A stretch of 41,397 nucleotides of DNA. Origin: an uncultured Actinomycetes bacterium (GTDB lineage: Bacteria > Actinomycetota > Thermoleophilia > UBA2241). A program made the position numbers and the translations under genes. The notes beneath the pieces were generated by a model, which had not been told where the DNA came from, did no database searches, and worked only from the letters and a program-made list of their open reading frames with translations. Below are positions 28,513-37,828 of this stretch, piece by piece. The stretch is taken from contig CAVYCN010000013.1 of NCBI GenBank assembly GCA_963767005.1, positions 1 through 41,397 of the forward strand, written 5' to 3'. Within the stretch, counting starts at the first letter, position 1. The number at the start of each line of letters is the position of its first letter.

Positions 28513-28887
28513 TCACTCGACCTGCATGAAGTACTCGACGAACTCGCGGGCGCGGTCGCCGCTCAGCGTGACCAGCCAGAGATTGTGGAACTCGAGCGGT
28601 CCGGGCTCGCCGTCGGTGCCCTCGGGGTAGCGCGTCACGGCCCGCACCACGTACAGGTCCTCGTTGCGTGCGATCACCTGGCAGTCGAAGCTCCAGGGCA
28701 GGCGCGACTCGCCCATGGCGCGCCACCAGTCGCTGACGGCTGGGGCGCCCACGATCGGCTCGCGCCACGGCGCGCTGTGGTAGCGCGCCTTGTCGGTGAA
28801 CAGGGCGGCGACCCGGCCGGGGTCGTCGGTACGCCAGGCCTCCTGGTAGCGGGTGAGCCAGCGGTCGATGTCGGCTGTGTCGATCAT
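28513..28887 (-). CDS. SnoaL/NTF2-like protein
   Basis: WLTRYQEAW..ALFTDKARY..G..FHNLW..AREFVEY. Confidence 0.85.
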   Translation of the reverse strand: MIDTADIDRWLTRYQEAWRTDDPGRVAALFTDKARYHSAPWREPIVGAPAVSDWWRAMGESRLPWSFDCQVIARNEDLYVVRAVTRYPEGTDGEPGPLEFHNLWLVTLSGDRAREFVEYFMQVE

Positions 28888-28988
28888 GATCGGTCCGATC
28901 GTCGGTGTCGTGGGTCGGGCGTGCCGACTGCGTGGCGCGCCCCACGGTGGTTCCCGCATACGCCGGTCGCGTCGCCGTCAGAATGTAG

Positions 28989-29258
28989 TTGACAAAGAGC
29001 GCCCGCAGCCGCCACCGCCGCTCGCGCGCGGCCACGGCCTTCGTGCTCCTCGACCGCTCCCGCTGCAAGGCCTGCTGGCGCTGCGTCAAGGTCTGCCCCG
29101 AGCAGGCCATCGGCAAGATCGACATGTGGCTGCACCGGCACGCCGTCATCGTGGCGGCCGACGCCTGCAGCGGCTGTCTGCGCTGCGTGAAGACCTGCCC
29201 GTCCGGCGCGCTCAGTGAGCGCGAGGGCGCGGCCGGCGAGGCGCGCTTGCTTCGGTAG
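28989..29258 (+). CDS. 2[4Fe-4S] ferredoxin
   Basis: CKACWRCVKVCP and CSGCLRCVKTCP. Confidence 0.85.
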   Translation: MTKSARSRHRRSRAATAFVLLDRSRCKACWRCVKVCPEQAIGKIDMWLHRHAVIVAADACSGCLRCVKTCPSGALSEREGAAGEARLLR

Positions 29259-30321
29259 GAGCGGGCTCGCGCGCTGCCGCGACGTGCGCGAGCCACTCGC
29301 TCACGTCGGTCGCGACCTGCTCGTGCCCCACGTCGTTGTGGGGCTCGTGGCGCACGCCGGGGTAGACGTGCAGCGTCGTGTCGGTGCTCCCCACGGCGTC
29401 GAGCAGCTCCCGGGCGCCGGCCGGCCGGTTCAGGGGGTCGTCGCCGCCGTGCAGCACGAGCAGCGGCAGCCCGATGCCTGACAGGCCCGCCCTGACGCTG
29501 CGCAGGGCCGCCATGCTCTCGGCGCCCCAGCGCATCGTCGCCTTCGAGGTGAGCAGCGGGTCGCCGATCGCCGCCATGAAACCCTCCGGGTCGCGTGTGA
29601 GCGCGTCCGGTTTGATGTCGAGGTCGACCACCAGGCGCGGCGCGACCTTCGACAGCGCCTTGGCCATCACGACCTGGTACGGCCTGCCGACGCCGGCCGG
29701 CTGGAGCGCGACGCCGCTCACGACGGCGCCGGCGAGCGGGGGCTGCGTGCCGGCGGCCTTGCCGGTCGCCACGGCAGGCTCCTCCAGGTAGTCCAACACC
29801 ACGAGCGAGCCCATGCTGTGACCGTAGAGCACGAGCGGCACGCCGGGCTCGCGCGCGGCGACCTCGGCCAGGAAGGCCGCGAGGTCGTCGCGGTACTGGG
29901 CCCAGCGCTCGATGTGCACGCGCGGCCCCGGCGAGCGGCCGTGGCCGCGGTGGTCGTAGGCGTAGATCGCAAAGCCGTCGGCGACGAGCGGCCGCACCAG
30001 GTTCAGGTACCGGCCGCTGTGCTCGCCGACGCCGTGGACCAGGACGACGACGGCGCGCGGGGCGTCGCTTGCCGGCGCAACCGCGCCGCCCAGCGGCGCG
30101 CCGGTGTCGCCCGCCGCGCCGGACGCTCCCGCGGACCGCCCCGGCTCGCCCTGCGGCCGCCAGCATTGCCAGAACAGCCGCAGGCCGTCGCTCGCCGTGA
30201 AGTGACCCTCATCGTGGAGGCCAGGCTCCACAGCGAGCCGATGCCGCTTGCCAGCCGCGCCGCCCTCGCCAGCCGCGCGGCTCCCGCCGACCGCGCCGCT
30301 CTCGCCGACCGCGCCGCTCAC
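29212..30321 (-). CDS. Alpha/beta hydrolase (monoacylglycerol lipase/lysophospholipase type)
   Basis: HGVGEHSGRY, DHRGHGRS, GHSMG, HGGDD, RHEPHN; GTGA coupling at 30321 (alternative start 30231). Confidence 0.9.
   Translation of the reverse strand: MSGAVGESGAVGGSRAAGEGGAAGKRHRLAVEPGLHDEGHFTASDGLRLFWQCWRPQGEPGRSAGASGAAGDTGAPLGGAVAPASDAPRAVVVLVHGVGEHSGRYLNLVRPLVADGFAIYAYDHRGHGRSPGPRVHIERWAQYRDDLAAFLAEVAAREPGVPLVLYGHSMGSLVVLDYLEEPAVATGKAAGTQPPLAGAVVSGVALQPAGVGRPYQVVMAKALSKVAPRLVVDLDIKPDALTRDPEGFMAAIGDPLLTSKATMRWGAESMAALRSVRAGLSGIGLPLLVLHGGDDPLNRPAGARELLDAVGSTDTTLHVYPGVRHEPHNDVGHEQVATDVSEWLAHVAAAREPAPTEASAPRRPRPRAH
30250..30321. repeat. 4 x 18-bp imperfect tandem repeat
   Basis: gccagccgcgccgccctc / gccagccgcgcggctccc / gccgaccgcgccgctctc / gccgaccgcgccgctcac. 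Confidence 0.75.
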
Positions 30322-30866
30322 GAGCGTCGCCGCAAGGAGAACTCGTTGCGCACCTGCCACGAGGCGCCGTCGTCGCTCGACTCGCGCGCGACCCAGCGGA
30401 ACGCGTCGGGCGTGATGTCGGTGAAGAGCCACTGCCAGAGCGTGCCGTCGGCCTCGCGGTACTCCTGCACGATGTCGTCGCCGCGCGGGCCGCCGGTCAT
30501 GTGCCGGCAGGACTGCGAGCCCGGCTCGATCCAGGTGATGTGCCAGACGTCGTGCTCGGGGTCATAGACGCGGATCGTGGTGCCGTAGGTGTCGAGCCTG
30601 GCGTCGCGGGACGGGTCATCCCGGTCGCCACGTGCCGGGCCGATCCAGACGTCCTGCACAGCACGCCCCTCGAGCACCCAGCCAAAGAACACCTCGCAGC
30701 TCTCCTCGCGCCGGCCGCCGTCGCGGCGCGTCACGACGACCCGGCCCTCCCAGGCGCCCACGAACCGTCCGTAGAGCATGAGCGTGTCGGCGTGGTCGGG
30801 GTGCGGACCGTCGGCCCCCAGCACGTCGAGCATGCGTTCGGCGGTCCTGCTTGCCTCGGTCGTCAT
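30318..30866 (-). CDS. Conserved hypothetical beta-barrel protein (DUF1579-like)
   Basis: GRFVGAW, FGWVLEGRAVQDVW, YGTTIRVYDP..W; GGAGGGAGG RBS. Confidence 0.75.
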   Translation of the reverse strand: MTTEASRTAERMLDVLGADGPHPDHADTLMLYGRFVGAWEGRVVVTRRDGGRREESCEVFFGWVLEGRAVQDVWIGPARGDRDDPSRDARLDTYGTTIRVYDPEHDVWHITWIEPGSQSCRHMTGGPRGDDIVQEYREADGTLWQWLFTDITPDAFRWVARESSDDGASWQVRNEFSLRRRS

Positions 30867-30936
30867 GTGAGCCTCCCTCCGTGACGTCGTCCCGCCCTTC
30901 ATACACCCGCGGGGCGCGGGAGGGGAACCGCCGCGT

Positions 30937-32306
30937 CTACCGCGGCATGCCGAGGTCTTTGACCACGACCTCGTAGGCGGGCGGCGGCGGGGTCGGACGG
31001 TGCGGCGGTCCCGCCGCACCGTCCGACCCCGCCGCACCGTCGAGCCCTGTCGTGCCGTCGGTCGTCGCCGCGCTCCTGCGCCACATGCTCGCCTGAAAGA
31101 GGACGACGACGGCGACACCGACCATCGCCCAGGTGTAGACCTTCTCGCCCATGATGCCGCGGTCGCTCACCGCGCGGGGCCACCAGGCGAAGACGGAGAA
31201 GGCGACCGAGGCGGTCGCGAGCAGCACCGCGCTGGGCAGCAAGCTGCCCCGCGAGAGCTGGCGCAGCCTGACGGCGAGCACGGCCAGGGCGACATCGCCG
31301 ATGAGCGCGAGCCCGATACCGATCCCGCCGGCTGCCGAGATGCCGTAGTGGCCGTAGATGACCTCGGTGACGGCGAGGCTCGGCAGGGCGGTCGCCGCGC
31401 CGATCACGACACCGACGTAGAGCGGCGACAGCCGTCGCTCGAGGCGTTCGGCCGCGTAGCCGTACCAGGCAAAGACGAGCGGCAGCGCGATGACGAAGAC
31501 ACACGCGAGGCTCACGATCGCGTATGGCAGCGGACTCCCGATAGCCGAGCTGCCGAGCGGCTCGCCGATGCCCACGAGCGGCGTGCCCGACGTGACGCCC
31601 GAAGTAGAGGCCGTCGGCAGGGCCCGCACGAAGACGACGGCCCCCAGGGTGAGCGCGAGCGGCACGATCAGCGCGACAGCGGTGAGCACCTGGACGCGAC
31701 GTTGCCGGACCGCGACCAGCGAGCGGGCGAGGCGGCGGGCCGTGCCGGTCGGCGCCGCGACCGCCGCAAGCACCAGGCCGGCGGCCAGAGCCGTGGCCCA
31801 CTTCGTGGGGTCGGTCAGCACGGCGCGGATCGCAGCCCCGAGCGTGACGGTGGGGTCGTTGAGGTAGTGCGCCAGCAGCATGCGCTGGACGCACAGCAGC
31901 GCCAGCACCGCTGCCGTGAGGACGAGGGCCACGACGAGGCGGCGGACCGCGCCCTCGGCGAAGGCCTCCGGCCCGTCGGCGGTCTGATCCAGCGCGCGGC
32001 AGCAGAACAGTGCCGCGAGGCCGGCGACCGCGGCGGCGAGCCTGCCGACGCCGGCGCTCCACAGGTTGAAGGCGCTGGGCGAGGCCGGCACGAGAACGAC
32101 GATCATCACGTAGAGCGCGAGCGCGGCGAGCACGAGCGCGACGAAGGCGCCGAGCGGGTAGCGCCCGGTCTCGTACGTCAGCCGCTCAGCCAGCGTCGCG
32201 CCGTGGCGTCGCCGGCGAAGGTCGCCCTGCCGGAGCGCACGCCGACGGGAGCCGCGCCGTCGATACCGCCGCTCTGCGCAGTCTCTGTGCCGAACGTGTC
32301 CGCCAT
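30937..32306 (-). CDS. Multi-pass membrane protein, degenerate CPBP/Abi-like; frameshift near 32200
   Basis: Many TM segments; FAWYGYAAERLERRLSP and RGSLLPSAVL resemble CPBP motifs; ATG 32306 with GAGG is out of frame with the gene body. Confidence 0.6.
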
Positions 32307-32440
32307 GTGACCTCTGTCGTGCGACCGCCCTGAGCCGGCGCGCCGCGCCGGCACTCACGAGGTATCGGACGGTTCGGCGCTTTCCTTCAGGGCCGGGCCG
32401 CAGGCCGGGCGCGGCCGTCCTCGCGTGCGCGAAGTAACAG

Positions 32441-32494
32441 GAGAGCGGCCGGGAACGGGGGAGCGGCCGGGAACGGGGGAGTGGCCGGGAGAAG
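32441..32494. repeat. 3 x 18-bp tandem repeat
   Basis: gagagcggccgggaacgg / gggagcggccgggaacgg / gggagtggccgggagaag. Confidence 0.7.
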
Positions 32495-32657
32495 GAGACG
32501 GGCGGGAGCCGGTCCCGGTCGACCAGCCGAAGATCGACAGCAGGAACGGGTTCCAGGTGGTGATGATGGGCAGGCTGGTCGTCGGTGTCGGCATGGGGTC
32601 GGGACGCTCGCCAGGTCGCGTCGGCACGGGGCCGCTCCGTTCGCCGCGTCGCTTCGG

Positions 32658-33149
32658 CTAGGTCGCCTGCCCGATACACGCGCGGGCGGTGGCGAGCAGG
32701 GCGACACGGTCGGCGCCGATCGTCGCCAGGGCGCGCGGCACGGTGCCGAGCTCGGGCGTGAGGATGCCGATGAGCAGGTGCAGGGAGCGGAGCTGGTGGC
32801 GGGCGCGGCCCCGGCCGGCCTTCGCCCTCATGGCGCGCTGGATGGCGAGCTGCGCCGAGCGGCCCAGCAGGCGCGACTCGCGGACGAGGGTCGTGCGTAC
32901 GTCGGGCAGATCGAAGGCCTCGAGCCGGACGCCCACGGCCGAGAGGCTCTTCTGAAACTCCAGGTCGAGGGCGCGTCGCAGGGTCTCGTGGCCGAGCCGC
33001 TGGTCGATGAGCAGGCCGCCGGCTTCGGTGTCGAGTCGCGCCGACAGGGCGAGCAGCAGGTGCTCGGCCTCGATCCGCGCGCTGCCCATGGCCGAGGCCT
33101 CGACCCGGGCCTCGCGCACGATCCGGCGAAGGTCGAGACGGTCGCTCAC
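32658..33149 (-). CDS. Stand-alone Clp N-terminal (Clp repeat) domain protein
   Basis: AR.EA..G..I.AEHLLLAL and LRSLHLLIGIL repeats; GTGA coupling. Confidence 0.82.
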   Translation of the reverse strand: MSDRLDLRRIVREARVEASAMGSARIEAEHLLLALSARLDTEAGGLLIDQRLGHETLRRALDLEFQKSLSAVGVRLEAFDLPDVRTTLVRESRLLGRSAQLAIQRAMRAKAGRGRARHQLRSLHLLIGILTPELGTVPRALATIGADRVALLATARACIGQAT

Positions 33150-33430
33150 AGCTCCTCCTCGCAGGCATCGTCGTCGGGTCCGCCGGCGGTCGCGTCGGTC
33201 AGGGGCGCGAGGCGCTCGAGGCCGGCGACGGCGACGCGCCTGGCGTGCTTCTTGTGGACGGCCTGGCGTGTGACGCCGAGGGCCTCGGCGATCTCGGTCC
33301 AGCTCCAGCCCTCGCGCAGGGCGCGATCGACCTGGGCCGACTCGAGCAGGTCGGCGAGGCGGCGCAGGGCCACGACCGCGGCCAGGCCGTCGGTCGCCGT
33401 CTGGGGCTCTCTGTTCTCGAGATCCGACAT
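33146..33430 (-). CDS. Small helix-turn-helix protein
   Basis: GLAAVVALRRLADLLE..GWSWTEIAEALGVTRQAVHKKH. Confidence 0.88.
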   Translation of the reverse strand: MSDLENREPQTATDGLAAVVALRRLADLLESAQVDRALREGWSWTEIAEALGVTRQAVHKKHARRVAVAGLERLAPLTDATAGGPDDDACEEEL

Positions 33431-33436
33431 GGCGCA

Positions 33437-33468
33437 ACCATAGTTGACAGACCAAGCAGTTGTCAACT
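33437..33468 (-). promoter_or_regulatory. Leaderless promoter with inverted-repeat operator
   Basis: Minus strand TTGACA-N18-TATGGT-N6-ATG; AGTTGACA (33442-33449)-N11-TGTCAACT (33461-33468) perfect inverted repeat. Confidence 0.72.
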
Positions 33469-33502
33469 TGTGTTGCGAACCGACACCCTCGCCGGGCCGG
33501 TA

Positions 33503-33532
33503 TTGACTCGAAGTATACACTCAGAGTATAGT
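33503..33532 (+). promoter_or_regulatory. Leaderless padR promoter with palindromic operator
   Basis: TTGACT-N18-TATAGT-N7-ATG; near-palindrome TATACACTCAGAGTATA (33514-33530). Confidence 0.72.
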
Positions 33533-33539
33533 GGCCGCC

Positions 33540-34121
33540 ATGAGCGTGAGCTACGCACTTCTGGGTCTTCTCGATCAGCGACCGAGCCACGGCTACGACC
33601 TCAAGCGCCAGTACGACGAGTACTTCGGCCGCGACAAGCCGCTGCCGTTCGGGCAGGTCTACGCCACGCTCTCGCGCCTGGCGCGCGACGGCAGGGTGCT
33701 GGCCGAAGGTAACGCACCCGGCGAAGGGCCCGAGCGCAAGCTCTACGCGATCACGCCAGAGGGCGAGGTCGCCCTCGCGGCCTGGCTCGCCCGGCCCGAG
33801 CCGCCCGAGCCCCACCTGCAGACCATCCTCGCCGTCAAGACGATCCTCGCCATCCTGCTCGGGCGCCCCGCCGACACCTACCTGGACGCGCAACGCCACG
33901 CTCACCTCGAGCGCATGCGCGAGCTCACCGCCGTGCGCCGCGAGGGACCGCTGCTCGACGGGCTGCTCGCCGACCACGCGATCTTCCACCTCGAAGCCGA
34001 CCTGCGCTGGATCGAGCTCACTGCGGCGCGCCTCGACCAGCTCACAACCGAGCTGGGCCGCGGCGGCCGGCCGGACCAGACCGGCCCGACCGACCGACTC
34101 GCCGGGGAGCCGCAGCGGTGA
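33540..34121 (+). CDS. PadR-family transcriptional regulator
   Basis: LLGLL..HGYDLK, GQVYATLSRL, RKLYAITPEG, HLEADLRW. Confidence 0.93.
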   Translation: MSVSYALLGLLDQRPSHGYDLKRQYDEYFGRDKPLPFGQVYATLSRLARDGRVLAEGNAPGEGPERKLYAITPEGEVALAAWLARPEPPEPHLQTILAVKTILAILLGRPADTYLDAQRHAHLERMRELTAVRREGPLLDGLLADHAIFHLEADLRWIELTAARLDQLTTELGRGGRPDQTGPTDRLAGEPQR

Positions 34122-35001
34122 ACCTCGTCCCGACGCCGGGACAGACCGGCCGCCCGCGGGGGGCCGGCGGCGACCCGACGGGCGGCGCCCCGACGAGCGG
34201 CGAGGAGGGGCGACGACGAGCGGCGACCAGACGATCGCCGGCCCCAACGGCTTCCTGCTGACCTGCCGCGGCCTGCAGAAGTGCTTCGGCCCCACGCCGG
34301 CGCTGCGCGGCGCCGACTTCGGCGTGCGGGCCGGCGAGATCGTCGCCGTCATGGGGCCGAGCGGCTCGGGCAAGTCGACGCTGCTGCACTGCCTGGCCGG
34401 TATCCTCACGCCCGACGAGGGTCAGGTCACCTTCGACGGCCGCCGCCTCGACACGTTGAACGAGGCGCGGCGCAGCGAGCTGCGCCGCGCCTCGTTCGGC
34501 TTCGTCTTTCAGTTCGGTCAGCTCGTGCCCGAGCTCAGCGCGCTCGAGAACATCGCCCTGCCGCTGCTGCTCGCCGGGCGGCGGCGCGCGCAGGCGTTCG
34601 CCGCCGCGCAGCGCTGGTTCGAGCCGCTCGGCCTCGACGGCCTCCAAGGGCGCCGCTCCGGCGAGCTCTCGGGCGGCGAGTCGCAGCGCGTTGCCCTGGC
34701 GCGCGGCCTGGTCGCCGAGCCGCGTGTGCTGTTCGCCGACGAGCCGACCGGCGCCCTCGACTCGCTCACCGGCGAGCAGGTCATGGACCTGCTGGTCGAC
34801 GGTGCCCGCGAGCTCGGCACGACCGTCGTCATGGTCACCCACGAGCCGCGCGTGGCCGCCTACGCCGACCGCGAGGTGATGGTGCGCGACGGCCGCGTGT
34901 CCGACCCGAGCGACGGAGCGCCGCCGGCAAGCGCCGGCGGCGCTCCGTCGGCAAGCGGCGCGAACCGCCGGCCACACGGCGCCGAGCCCACGGCCTCATG
35001 A
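34118..35001 (+). CDS. ABC ATPase (LolD/MacB-like); start uncertain (frameshift or ACG start near 34210)
   Basis: GPSGSGKS, LSGGESQRVALAR, FADEPTGALD, VTHE; homology extends upstream of the called start at 34324. Confidence 0.85.
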
Positions 35002-37208
35002 TCTCGCTGGGTCTGCGGCTCTCGCTGCGGGGCGGGCGCGAGTCGGGCGTCCGCCTTGCGCTGACCGCCTTTGGGGTCGCCGTCGGCGTGGCCCTGCTGC
35101 TGTTTACCCTGAGCGGCTTCCACGGCCTGAAGCAGCGCGACGCGCGTGAGGGCTGGGTGAACACGTCCCCCCACAACACGCGCCCGAGCGTGAACGAGAA
35201 GACGTCGGACCCGCTGCTCTGGCGCCCGACCTACGACACCTACGGCAGCCGCTCGCTGACGATCGTCGAGGTGGCCGCGACCGGTCCGCGCAGCCCGCTG
35301 CCGCCGGGGCTCTCGCGGGTGCCGCGCGCCGGCGAGGTCTTCGTGTCGCCCGCCCTCGCCCGGCTGCTCGCGACTACGCCGGCCGACGCTCTCGGCGACC
35401 GGCTTCCCGGCCGGTGTGCCGGCACCGTCGGCCGCGCGGCGCTCGCGTCGCCCGATTCTCTGGTGGCCTTCGTGGGCCGTTCGGCCGCCGAGCTGCGTCA
35501 CGAGTCCGGGACCTACCAGGTGCGCAGCATCGAGACGCTGCCCTACCCGCATTCCTACACGAGCTTCTTCAGGACGGTGCTGGCGCTGGGCGCGGCCGGC
35601 CTGCTCGTGCCCGTGCTCATGTTCGTCGCCACGTCGACGCGCCTGGCCGCCGCTCGCCGTGAGGAGCGGTTCGCCGCCCTGCGCCTGGTCGGGGCCACGC
35701 CACGTCAGGTGAACCAGATCGCCGCCGTCGAGGCGGCGCTGTCGGCGGTCGCCGGGGTGGGCCTGGGCTTCGCCGGCTTCTATCTGTCGCGGCCGCTCGT
35801 CGCGCGCATCCCGTTCACCGGCGACCCGTTCTTCACGAGCGACCTCAGCCCGAGCTGGCGGGTCAGCGCCGCGGTCGCCGTTGGCGTGCCGCTTGCCGCA
35901 ATGCTCGCCGCCCTGTGGTCTCTGCGGCGCGTGCGCATCTCGCCGCTGGGCGTGAGCCGTCGCGTCACGCACAAGCCGCCGCGCGTCTGGCGCCTGCTGC
36001 CGGCCGCGCTCGGTCTCGGGGTGCTCGCCGCAGCCCCGGTGCTGCCGCTGCCCGAGGGCAGCGTCGGCATCTGGTTCATCCTCGCGGGCTTCGTCGAGAT
36101 CGTCGTCGGTCTCACCATCGCCGGGCCCTGGTTTACCATGGTCGGGGCCAGGCTGCTGGCACGGCTCGCCCGGGGCGACTCGACGCTCATCGCCGCGCGG
36201 CGCCTGAGCGAGCAGCCGGGCCAGGCCTTTCGCACCATCGGCGGCCTCGTGCTGGCCGTGTTCGTCGGTACCGTCTTCGTCGGTGTGGTCGGCACGGCGA
36301 TCGCCCATGGCAGCTTCCTGTCGACCATGACGCTGCCGAAGGGCACGGTCGTGGAGTCCTACTTCACGCAGGACAAGGGAGCGCTTGCTCCGGCGCAGGC
36401 GCAGCCGCTGCTCGCGCGCCTGCGCGGCCTGCGCGGCGTGCAGACGGTCGTCCCCGTCTACGCGCAGCGCGCCCACAGCGGCCCGAACGTGACCGACTCG
36501 ACCGGCCTGGTGGCGGCCGCCGTGTGGGACCGCCTCGCGGTCTTCGGGCCGGTCGCGGGCGGGGCGGGCCGGTCGGTCGCGGTCGACCCGGGCTCGATCC
36601 TGTACGGCGGCCTCGGGCGACGGGCGTCGTGGCCGGCCAGCCGCGTGGCCGCCGCGGCGCTGCCCTCACACCGCATGATCGCCCTGCTCGTGACCACCGA
36701 CGGGAGCGTCGTCTCGACCGAGCGCGTGCGGACCACACTCGAGACCGCCCTTCCGCAGTACCCGCCACCGAGCACCGAGAGCCAGCTCTCGAGCTCGTCC
36801 ACCGCGCTCATCGACCTGCTTCAGCGCATGGTCGACGTGGGCATCATCCTCACCCTCGTGATCGCCGGCTGCAGCCTCGCTGTGGCTTCGGCCGGCGGGC
36901 TGATCGAGCGTAAGCGGCCGTTCACGCTGCTGCGCCTGAGCGGCATGCCGATCGGTCACCTGCGGCGGGTCGTCGTGCTCGAGGCGGCGGTGCCCCTCGT
37001 GGTCGCCGCGCTTGTCGCGGCCGGCGCCGGCTTTCTGGCCGCCGACTTCATCCTGCTGGCGACGGCTCACAGTTACGGGGTGGCCCCGCCGGGTCTGGGC
37101 TACTTCGAGCTCATGGGCCTCGGCCTGCTCGCGGCGCTCGGCGTGGTGTGTGTCGTCATGCCGCTGCTCGACCGCCTCACGCAGCCGCAGACGGCGCGGG
37201 CGGAGTAG
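34998..37208 (+). CDS. FtsX-like ABC permease
   Basis: Two FtsX domains (RREERFAALRLVGAT and ERKRPFTLLRLSG); ATGA coupling. Confidence 0.9.
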   Translation: MISLGLRLSLRGGRESGVRLALTAFGVAVGVALLLFTLSGFHGLKQRDAREGWVNTSPHNTRPSVNEKTSDPLLWRPTYDTYGSRSLTIVEVAATGPRSPLPPGLSRVPRAGEVFVSPALARLLATTPADALGDRLPGRCAGTVGRAALASPDSLVAFVGRSAAELRHESGTYQVRSIETLPYPHSYTSFFRTVLALGAAGLLVPVLMFVATSTRLAAARREERFAALRLVGATPRQVNQIAAVEAALSAVAGVGLGFAGFYLSRPLVARIPFTGDPFFTSDLSPSWRVSAAVAVGVPLAAMLAALWSLRRVRISPLGVSRRVTHKPPRVWRLLPAALGLGVLAAAPVLPLPEGSVGIWFILAGFVEIVVGLTIAGPWFTMVGARLLARLARGDSTLIAARRLSEQPGQAFRTIGGLVLAVFVGTVFVGVVGTAIAHGSFLSTMTLPKGTVVESYFTQDKGALAPAQAQPLLARLRGLRGVQTVVPVYAQRAHSGPNVTDSTGLVAAAVWDRLAVFGPVAGGAGRSVAVDPGSILYGGLGRRASWPASRVAAAALPSHRMIALLVTTDGSVVSTERVRTTLETALPQYPPPSTESQLSSSSTALIDLLQRMVDVGIILTLVIAGCSLAVASAGGLIERKRPFTLLRLSGMPIGHLRRVVVLEAAVPLVVAALVAAGAGFLAADFILLATAHSYGVAPPGLGYFELMGLGLLAALGVVCVVMPLLDRLTQPQTARAE

Positions 37209-37246
37209 GAGTCTCGCCGGTCAGGAGGCCGCGGAGTCGCCGCCGG

Positions 37247-37828
37247 TCAGACGGCCGCGTGCTGCCCGTGCGGCGAGCGGTGGCTGAGCGCCAGCCCCAG
37301 CGGCATGACGCCGGCGCTGATGAAGGCGCCGAGCATGATGCCGCGACGCCAGTCGCGCCGCGGGACCGCGCGCTGCGAGCGCCGCAGGGCGACGAGACCG
37401 AGCGGCGCCCACAGGCAGGCCCCCGACACGGCACCCGGCGAGTAGCTCCGCGTGACCACGCTGCCGGCGAGGTGGCCAAGGCCATTCGCCGTGCCGATGA
37501 GGCCGAGCGCGGGCGCGACCCAGGCGCCGGCGCCGCCGTCGGCCGGTGCGCCCGCCGGTGGCGCCGGCCGCGTCGCGCCGCGCACCGCCGCGACCATGGC
37601 GGCCTCGAACACGAGGTTGACCGCGACAAACGTGCCCGGGCCGATCTCGCGGCCGGTGGCGCGGCGGATCCAGCGATAGAAGCGTGCGCCGGCCAGGCTC
37701 TCCTCGGCGATGTGGATGGCAAAGACAGCGGGGAAGAGCCAGAGCCAGCGGCCGGCCGCCGGGCCGAGCGCTGGACCGGACGCGGCGAGGGGGTCGCGCC
37801 GGCCCACGTGCCGCCTCGGCTCAGGCAC
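37247..37828 (-). CDS. HXXEE-domain membrane protein
   Basis: FAIHIAEE, NGLGH, YSPG motifs. Confidence 0.85.
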   Translation of the reverse strand: MPEPRRHVGRRDPLAASGPALGPAAGRWLWLFPAVFAIHIAEESLAGARFYRWIRRATGREIGPGTFVAVNLVFEAAMVAAVRGATRPAPPAGAPADGGAGAWVAPALGLIGTANGLGHLAGSVVTRSYSPGAVSGACLWAPLGLVALRRSQRAVPRRDWRRGIMLGAFISAGVMPLGLALSHRSPHGQHAAV

